From NCBI GenBank assembly GCA_965216875.1, contig OZ244207.1:5248001-5312000 (forward strand): a stretch of 64,000 nt of DNA. Reading direction: 5' to 3'. Positions 31,018 through 40,000 of the stretch are shown here, piece by piece (position 1 is the stretch's first letter; each line of letters begins with the position of its first letter). Under the pieces are notes generated by a model. That model was not told the origin of the DNA, made no database searches, and worked only from the letters and a program-made list of their open reading frames with translations. Both the position numbers and the translations under genes were made by a program. This DNA is from Rubripirellula sp. Its GTDB lineage: Bacteria > Planctomycetota > Planctomycetia > Pirellulales > Pirellulaceae.

Positions 31018-31057
31018 AACAAACTAGAATCGTAAGTTCGCACGGAATGCACGATTC
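31018..31057 (-). terminator. Candidate riboswitch expression-platform hairpin/terminator
   Basis: Minus strand: GAATCGT-GCATTCCGTGCGAACTT-ACGATTC followed by TAGTTTGTT, between the aptamer and the ATG at 30977. Confidence 0.4.
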
Positions 31058-31099
31058 GTGACGCCGACCTCGCCCAAGAAGGTCACTTGCGTCCGATGA

Positions 31100-31335
31100 G
31101 AGGTAGGTCTTCTGACTCTCGATGCACTAAGTGATTCGCCTTCTCGCCCAGGATTCCTGACCCGGAGCAATGGCCAAAAGAGTGAATCATTAGTTGGAAG
31201 CCCCGGTCGGGTTGCCAACGGCTGGCAGCCTAGCAATTGGGGATTTCCGCATCGAATACAGCGGCCGGGCCGTCCCGGAATTTCACCGGAGTTCCCTGTT
31301 CACGCGAAGAAAAGTCCTTCATTCGCGTCACCACT
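31100..31335 (-). ncRNA. Cobalamin (B12) riboswitch
   Basis: Minus strand reads AACAGGGAACTCCGGTGAAATTCCGGGACGGCCCGGCCGCTGTA ... GGCCATTG...GAGAAGGC ... GAGTCAGAAGACCTACC (B12 box); pairing TCGATGC/GCATCGA closes a long extension. Confidence 0.92.
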
Positions 31336-31421
31336 CATCGTTGGCGTGGAACTTAGCAATCGAGTCACGCACTGTCAAACGCCGATAGAGAGAGCATGCC
31401 GGTTCGACAAAGGGTGTAATC

Positions 31422-33194
31422 ATGATCTCCTTTTCCCGTGTTTCCGATTCGCGAGCGAGGACGGTTGTCCGCGAAATCGCCGTTGGCTCTCAAGCTCGCG
31501 GTCGTTTTTTTGTGATGCTGGTCACCGCCTCGATGATCGCGGCCTTCGGATTGTTAGCAAATAGCACCGCCGTGATTATCGGGGCGATGCTCGTTTCGCC
31601 TCTAATGACCCCCATTTTTGGGATCGCCCTGGGAATGCTCCGGGGGAACACCCGGCTGTGGTGGAGTGCCTTAGCGAGCGAATCGCTTGGCGTGGTACTG
31701 GCCGTGGGTTCATCCTTCCTGGTCGGGCTCGCACCCTACCTAGCGACGGGGGATGCCACAGATGAGATGCTGATTCGGACCCAGCCCAACCTGATCGACC
31801 TGTTCGTTGCCATCTTCGCCGGATTCGCAGGTGCCTATGCCTTGTTGGACGAGCGAGTTAGTCCGGCCATGCCAGGAGTTGCGATTGCAACCGCCATCGT
31901 GCCACCACTTTCGACCTGCGGCCTTTGTCTGGCGTTCGGGTCGTGGTCAGGTGCTTTTGGCGCGATGTTGCTGTTTCTTGCCAACTTCGTTGCGATCCTG
32001 TTGGTTGCGATTTTGACCTTTTGGGCTGGCGGTTTGGCGCGTGGGCGTCGCAGCATGCGTCACATCGCAGCGCGCCTGGGTCCGACCATTGTTGGTTTCA
32101 TCGTGATCGCATCGATCCTGACCAATTCTCTGCTGCGCATCGCCCACACCACTTCCATCGAACGCAGCATCCAAATCACGCTCAGCGAGACACTCGCCGA
32201 AACCTACGGCGCCTCGTTGATGGATGTCACGTATGCGGAAACCAATGAAAGCGTCCAAGTGCTCGCGACCGTTCGCTCCTACCGCACCATTTCGCCCGCT
32301 TGGGTCACTGCGATTCAAACCAAGTTGCGTGCTTCCATCGACCAACCGGTCGACTTGGCGGTACGCACGATTCGCTCGCGAGATGTTTATCCGCTCGGTT
32401 CGGCATATCAAATTGTCCAGCCGGATCTGAACGGCCGCTTGATCGAAAAAGTGCCCAGCACCAACGTGTCGCGCGAATCGCTCGCCTCGCAGGTGATTCG
32501 CGAATACTTCGATGACGAACCGGGATTCGAACTGACGCGAATCGAGCATGGGTCAATCACCGATGACTCGACCGTCGTGGTCGCGTACGTCAATGCGATA
32601 CGGCGGATCAGTGCGGAAGAGATGTTTGCGGTTGAAACGCTGCTCAGAGACCGACTGCAATCACCCGGGCTTCGCTTTTTGATCCGCGTCAACTCGGCGA
32701 CATTGCACGGACGCGAGGGAGATGTGCTGACCGAATGGACCAACTTCACGATGGCTGGAAAAGATCGGGTGCCGGACGTCCCAAAGCTCGATGCAAAGAT
32801 TCGCTCGGCGATTAGCAAAATCGAGGGACTCGTCCTGCTTCAGAACCACTTTCATTGGTCGGGCAAGGGATGGCGAGTCCTTTCGGCCGTCGCGGGCCCC
32901 TCTTCAGCCGACGCCTCGATCGTCAAGCAAATCGAAGACTCACTGGGGGAGACGAACGATCCCGTCGAAGTCCTGTTGTGGAAACAGAACGACTACATCA
33001 TTGCCCACGACGGCATCACGACCTACGACCAGTTGACCGCTCCGCTGATCAACGATCGCCGAGCCTACCTGCGGCGTTTCTTTCAATCAAACGTCGAAGC
33101 GAGCTCGGACCGTTTTGAAACAGCAGGCTTGGAAACGAACGCAAATTCCGCGAAAATAATCGACTTACAGGACCGTCCATCCTCAACGGAATGA
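31422..33194 (+). CDS. DUF389 (TIGR00341-like) membrane protein with long C-terminal soluble region
   Basis: GLLANSTAVIIGAMLVSPLMTPI, RTQPNLIDL, PGVAIATAIVPPL, LLFLAN. Confidence 0.88.
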   Translation: MISFSRVSDSRARTVVREIAVGSQARGRFFVMLVTASMIAAFGLLANSTAVIIGAMLVSPLMTPIFGIALGMLRGNTRLWWSALASESLGVVLAVGSSFLVGLAPYLATGDATDEMLIRTQPNLIDLFVAIFAGFAGAYALLDERVSPAMPGVAIATAIVPPLSTCGLCLAFGSWSGAFGAMLLFLANFVAILLVAILTFWAGGLARGRRSMRHIAARLGPTIVGFIVIASILTNSLLRIAHTTSIERSIQITLSETLAETYGASLMDVTYAETNESVQVLATVRSYRTISPAWVTAIQTKLRASIDQPVDLAVRTIRSRDVYPLGSAYQIVQPDLNGRLIEKVPSTNVSRESLASQVIREYFDDEPGFELTRIEHGSITDDSTVVVAYVNAIRRISAEEMFAVETLLRDRLQSPGLRFLIRVNSATLHGREGDVLTEWTNFTMAGKDRVPDVPKLDAKIRSAISKIEGLVLLQNHFHWSGKGWRVLSAVAGPSSADASIVKQIEDSLGETNDPVEVLLWKQNDYIIAHDGITTYDQLTAPLINDRRAYLRRFFQSNVEASSDRFETAGLETNANSAKIIDLQDRPSSTE

Positions 33195-33201
33195 GTCGCC
33201 A

Positions 33202-33999
33202 ATGACGCGTTGCCAAATCGTCATCCCCGCCAGACTTGCCTCAACGCGTTTGCCAGAAAAACTGCTGCTCAAAGCTGGCGGCAAGTCCGTCTTGCAACAC
33301 ACCTACGAAGCCGCCTGCAAAGTCACGGTCGCGGAAGGGGTGATCGTCGCTGTCGATCACGAACGATTGGCCGAAGAAGTGGAGCGGTTTGGCGGCCGGT
33401 CGATCATGACCAGCCCCGACTGTGCCAGTGGCACCGACCGGATTGCCGAAGTCGCATCGGCATTGCCGGACATCGACATCTTTGTGAACGTCCAAGGCGA
33501 TGAACCAGAAATTGAACCGAGTGCGATTGAGCTGGTTGCGAAAACGCTAGACGAACATCCTGGCGCCGACATCGCGACCATTGCCACGCCCATTCGCGAT
33601 CCCGGACGCTTGGACGACCCGGCGTGCGTCAAAATCGTGATGGCACCGACCGACGCCGATGCAACGGGGCACGCTGATGCAATGGGGCAGGGGAGGGCGG
33701 TTTATTTTTCTCGCTCGCCCGTGCCTCATCCGCGTGGCGGAATCGACGACGTTCTGTTGCAGGCCGAGCCACCCCATTTTTGGCACCACCTGGGACTGTA
33801 CGCCTATCGGCGTGATTTCCTCGATTGGTTCACCAACCAACCTGCCAGTCCGCTGGAAAAAATCGAAGGTCTCGAGCAGTTGAGAGCGCTCGAAGCGGGA
33901 AAAGCAATCGTGGTCGCAAGAGTGGAACGTGCGGCCCCCGGAATCGACACCAAAGGAGATTTCGACGCCTTTCAGTCACGCGTCGAACAAAATTCTTAG
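33202..33999 (+). CDS. kdsB: 3-deoxy-manno-octulosonate cytidylyltransferase
   Basis: VIPARLASTRLPEK, SGTDRIAE, NVQGDEP, YFSRSPVP, HLGLYAYR, EGLEQLRAL. Confidence 0.95.
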   Translation: MTRCQIVIPARLASTRLPEKLLLKAGGKSVLQHTYEAACKVTVAEGVIVAVDHERLAEEVERFGGRSIMTSPDCASGTDRIAEVASALPDIDIFVNVQGDEPEIEPSAIELVAKTLDEHPGADIATIATPIRDPGRLDDPACVKIVMAPTDADATGHADAMGQGRAVYFSRSPVPHPRGGIDDVLLQAEPPHFWHHLGLYAYRRDFLDWFTNQPASPLEKIEGLEQLRALEAGKAIVVARVERAAPGIDTKGDFDAFQSRVEQNS

Positions 34000-34091
34000 C
34001 GGCACGAGCCTGGAAAAACCGTTCTGCGTCTGCAAACCGCAGACGCGAGAGGGGAAACCGTCACTTTCACAATCGAACCGGCGCGGTATGA

Positions 34092-35744
<1,653 letters not shown>

Positions 35745-35848
35745 CGGTTCGGCCAACCGTAGTGGACGAGGCCACGAGTCCCTTCTAAGGGACTTCACCA
35801 ACTCATCGACTGCGACAGTTTTTTCATCGCTGTTTGAAAGTTGACAAC

Positions 35849-36268
35849 ATGAGCGAGTCTGAAAAAGACAACGATCAGGAAGAACCCAAGATCATCGTCG
35901 ATGATGATTGGAAAGAGCAGGTCGCCAAAGAAAAAGAGGCTGCCAGCCAGAGCGAATCGGAAGACGATTTGACGCCAGCCGATCCGCCGTCGGACGACGC
36001 AGCGGCAGACGACATGCCGCCGCCTCCACCGGCGACTTTCGACGTCTTGATCTCGATGCTCTTTACCCAGGCAATGGCGATGCTCGGCCAAATGCCTGAC
36101 CCCACAACCGGCGAGCCGAAGGTCAACAAGGCCTACGCCAAACACTACATCGATACACTCGATATGCTGTCCGAAAAAACGGAAGGCAACTTGAGTGACG
36201 ACGAGAAGAAGATGCTCTCCGAAGCACTTCACGCCCTGCGCATGATGTACGTCAATGTCAAAGGTTGA
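35849..36268 (+). CDS. DUF1844 domain protein
   Basis: KIIVDDDWK; QAMAMLGQMPDP...AKHYIDTLDMLSEKTEGNLS..E...L...LHALRM.YV. Confidence 0.85.
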   Translation: MSESEKDNDQEEPKIIVDDDWKEQVAKEKEAASQSESEDDLTPADPPSDDAAADDMPPPPPATFDVLISMLFTQAMAMLGQMPDPTTGEPKVNKAYAKHYIDTLDMLSEKTEGNLSDDEKKMLSEALHALRMMYVNVKG

Positions 36269-36320
36269 GCCTTCAGGCCTTGCAGGTTTGGTGCATTGAA
36301 AAACCGGCGGCCGCTCACCT

Positions 36321-36464
36321 GTGAGCCGAACGCGCTAGCGTCGGGCCTTTGCTCGTAGCTACGCTCGCCAGAGCGTGGTGATGATGGAAAGCAATCTACC
36401 GATGGAATCCACCTTCTGACGAAGGTAGCTACAAGCAAAAGCCCGAGACCTGACGGCGGCTCAC
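36321..36464. repeat. Nested REP: GTAGCTAC doublet inside a GTGAGCC doublet
   Basis: Outer arms 36321-36347 and 36441-36464; inner arms 36355-36378 and 36409-36432. Confidence 0.87.
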
Positions 36465-37078
36465 GGACCGCCTTCAAGTTTCACCGTCTCGGCGCGGAGT
36501 CGCTCGAGGGCGCGGACCCACAGCATTCGCACGGCTCCTTCACTGCGATTCATCTTTTCAGCCACTTCGGCATGGGAAAGCTCTTGCAGATTCCGCAGCA
36601 CAATCACTTGCCGGTATTCGGGCGGCAAGCGTTGCAAGATGCTTGCCACTTGCACGTGCCGCTCTTCGGTCATCAACTGGGCACTCGGCGAAGTGGCATC
36701 GGCGGGCAACAGTCTCCCGAGTTGCATCGACGACTGCGCGAGTGATTGCTCGATCGACACTTCGCGTTTCACATCGCGTTTCTGTGTCCCCGCGTATCGG
36801 CGCGCAAGATGCGCGAGTTGGTGCGCGAGAATCTTGCGCAGCCAAGCGAGACGTTGCGGGTGATCGGTCGCCCTGCATCCTTCCCAACCACGCCAGGCCT
36901 CCATCAGCGTTTGCTGCACTGCATCCGAAGGCGAAAACTTGCCCTGAAAGCGACTGTCGATTTCCATCCGAGCCAACAGCTGCAACCACGACTCCTGCTC
37001 CAGCAACCATTCGGTTTTGGGATCCCCATCCTGGAAGGCATCGCCGACTTGATGATCCTTGGTTGAGTCGTCTGTCAT
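36461..37078 (-). CDS. ECF sigma-70 factor (Planctomycetaceae-specific subfamily, TIGR02984-like)
   Basis: WLQLLARMEIDSRFQGKFSPSDAVQQT, WLRKIL, RDVKREVS, TSPS, sigma4 LPPEYRQVIVLRNLQELSHAEVA..M.RSEGAVRMLWVRAL; ATG 37078 overlaps the kinase stop. Confidence 0.92.
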   Translation of the reverse strand: MTDDSTKDHQVGDAFQDGDPKTEWLLEQESWLQLLARMEIDSRFQGKFSPSDAVQQTLMEAWRGWEGCRATDHPQRLAWLRKILAHQLAHLARRYAGTQKRDVKREVSIEQSLAQSSMQLGRLLPADATSPSAQLMTEERHVQVASILQRLPPEYRQVIVLRNLQELSHAEVAEKMNRSEGAVRMLWVRALERLRAETVKLEGGP

Positions 37079-40000
37079 ACCGCCACCCTCGCTGGCCGCC
37101 GCCAACGACGAACCGTGCCGATCAAGCCCTGGATCATCAATAGGAAGAACATGCCCCAGCTCACCAGAATCGCTGCTGGGAACCCAAACCGGTAAACCCC
37201 GGGATAGGAATATCGCTCGCCTGGAATGGGATGATGGCTCGATGCGATCGATGGGCCGACAACGAACATCACGATCAGAACTCCCGTCACGATCACGGTC
37301 ACACCGAGCGTGATCGCCAATCGGCGCCAACGTTGTTGCAGCACCCACCATAGAAGCAGCAACGTGATCACCGTCGGCGGCGTTGCAAAGAACGCCAACA
37401 TCAGCCGCATCACGAGCGTCCGGACTTCGCCGTTGGGCCCCGTCTGTGACAGTCCAAAAACGAAGATCGACAACACGACCGGTGCTAGCAACAACGACCG
37501 CAGCCCGAACTGTCGATTCCAAACCAAGTAGAGAACGAACCCGAGTGGGATGATCATCAGCGTCACGCTGTAGAGCGCCATCCACAGAAACCCACGGACT
37601 TCACGCCATCGCAATTCCCCTGGCATCCCCGGCAGCGGACGCACCAGTCGCGGATCAACTTGATCGGTCGCAGCCACCGGGTCGGTGACTTCCTCGATTC
37701 CCCGGGCCGCCCTGCCAACGATCGCCCCCGTCGCGTGATCCGAAAAACGCACGATCGGGACGCCACTCGGTTTCGCTTGGCCTGCAGCCCGATGGCCGCT
37801 TAGGAGGTCGATCCCGGCGATGTTGCTCGGATCGACTTTGGGTCCGTCACAATGCCAAAGCAGACGTCCCGTTTTCAAGTCAATCGCCTCGCAGCGATTC
37901 GTCTTTTGCGTTCGCCGAAAGAGCGTTTTCGAATCGACTCCGAAGACTTGGTCAAACAAGCTCTCGGAAGTGATCGCGTACTCCCAGAGGTGCGTCGACG
38001 GATCGTTCGGGGAAACCGCGACGAGCTTATTGCCCGTTGGAAAGATCAACTCCTCACCATCGCCACCGTCAACATCGGCTGTCCATAGACGGATACGCCG
38101 CTGAGCGCGGTCGGTGAACTGAATCGGAACGGAGGCAAGTTTCTTGAGATCCGTGCCAAGAACTTCGATGCTCGAAGTGTGATCGTGATGACGGACCACA
38201 ATCGCAACCGCGTCGCTGCCCGCATGCTTCATCGCTTCAAGACGCGGTCGTGTGGTGCGATACCATGAATAGCCATAGCCGCTTGAGTTCGCATAGCCAT
38301 GTTCGATCTGGTAGTCATGCTGGGCGAGTTCTTGACCGCTGGTCGCATCGATCGCATACAACCTGAGCTGCTCTTTTCCGGTGCCAAATTGGCCACAGAC
38401 AGGTTGCACTAACACCGGCCGACCATCTTTGTCGCTCACTAGCGCGCCGTGAAGCCACGTCGCAAACGAACGTGATGGGTCGCTGGTTCGAGGCAAGCCG
38501 AAGGCCCACATTTGCTCGCCACTTCGACCATCGAGTGCACGCAACTCGAGATGCGAGCCCTGCTTCTCAGGATCGCTGGAATCACCTGGCAAGACGAGAT
38601 CAAGAACGCCGTCACGATTGGCATCAAGCCAAATCGGCTCAAGCGTGGCGGTTTGGAATCGATAGGAAGTCATTGTCGATTGGTCGAAGGCCGGCGTGAG
38701 CGGTTTGGCCCAGCGAACGCGCCCCGATCGGGACGACAGGACGAGGCACCAAAGTTGTTTGTCGGCGCTACTGATCGACTGGTCGTCGGGATAGAGGTAA
38801 TCCATCGATGCAACCATCACCACTTCATGACGATCATCACCGTCGAGATCACGCATTTCCAACCAGACAAGCTGGTCCATGTTGGAACACTGAACCGGCG
38901 AGATCCACAGCAAGCGACCTTCGCGTCCCGAGATCGCAATCAGCAAATCTTGGTTTTGACGACTGGCACGTGAAACGCCAACCACCAAGTCGTTGAAACC
39001 ATCCCCGTTGATGTCGATGGCGGCCGGTCCGTTTCCGAGCAAATGCAAGTCGTCGCCCGACTCGGTCAACAATGATGAGTCGGCCGAAGCAACGACCAAC
39101 TCGGACGAAACGTCTCGTGGCAGGTCGGTTTCCCAAAGTGGATCACCCGTTGCTCCCGAGTAGGCGTTCAGAGTTCCACCTTGCTTGGAGATCAGATCGC
39201 GCACGTCATCGCCATCAAGATCAGCGACGGCGATTGTGGAGGGTTGAAGACGACGCCAGCGTTCACCGGTGACACCCTGGTAGATCGACAGTTTTCCGCC
39301 AGCATCTCGCCCCAGGTTCTCGCCAGCCTTTTCGACGATCGCAAGTTCTTCGACCCCATCACGATCCAGGTCGGACAAGATCGTCTCGTCGGCATTGCGA
39401 ACCACATTTGCGAATCGACAAGTCCGCGGTTCGACCATCCAACACCATCGAAAATCTCCGGCGTGCCTTGGTGCCGCCGAGATCATTAGCTGTGGCACGT
39501 CCCCGCCGCCGCGCCACCAACCAATCCGATCGAGAACGTACTCGCGACCGCTACGACGATTGCGACGTAGCGAGGTCTTTCCAAACTGCACGGTTGCCCC
39601 ATCGGCTCCACTCAAACAATCGGCATAGAGTTCGTATTCGGGGCCCCAAAGGGTTGCTGCGTAAATCTCTTTCGCACCATCGCCATCGACGTCGGGGCCA
39701 ATCGCGAGGTGTTCGACACACTGGTCCATGTTCGGCAACATGCGATTCCAAATTGGTTTTCCGGTTTTGCCATCGACCAGCTCAACCCCACCCCACGGCA
39801 GCGCGCTGTAGTTGCCTTTTTCTGATGTCCCGTTGGGAACAATCACGTCACAGCATCCGTCACCGTCGATGTCGTCAAGCATCAACCAGTCGGGCGGATC
39901 GATCGTCCAGGAATCGCGTCGCTGAGGTCGTGTGGTGATTTCATGCTGCCACAACATCTTGTTTGTCGCGACCGACCACGCGGTGACCCGCGATCGCGGC

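Noticed and set aside
37079..37585. 374-aa ECF sigma with N-terminal extension
   Set aside because: The extension overlaps the kinase C-terminus in another frame; the ATGA-coupled start at 37078 with a GAGGG RBS-like sequence is more plausible
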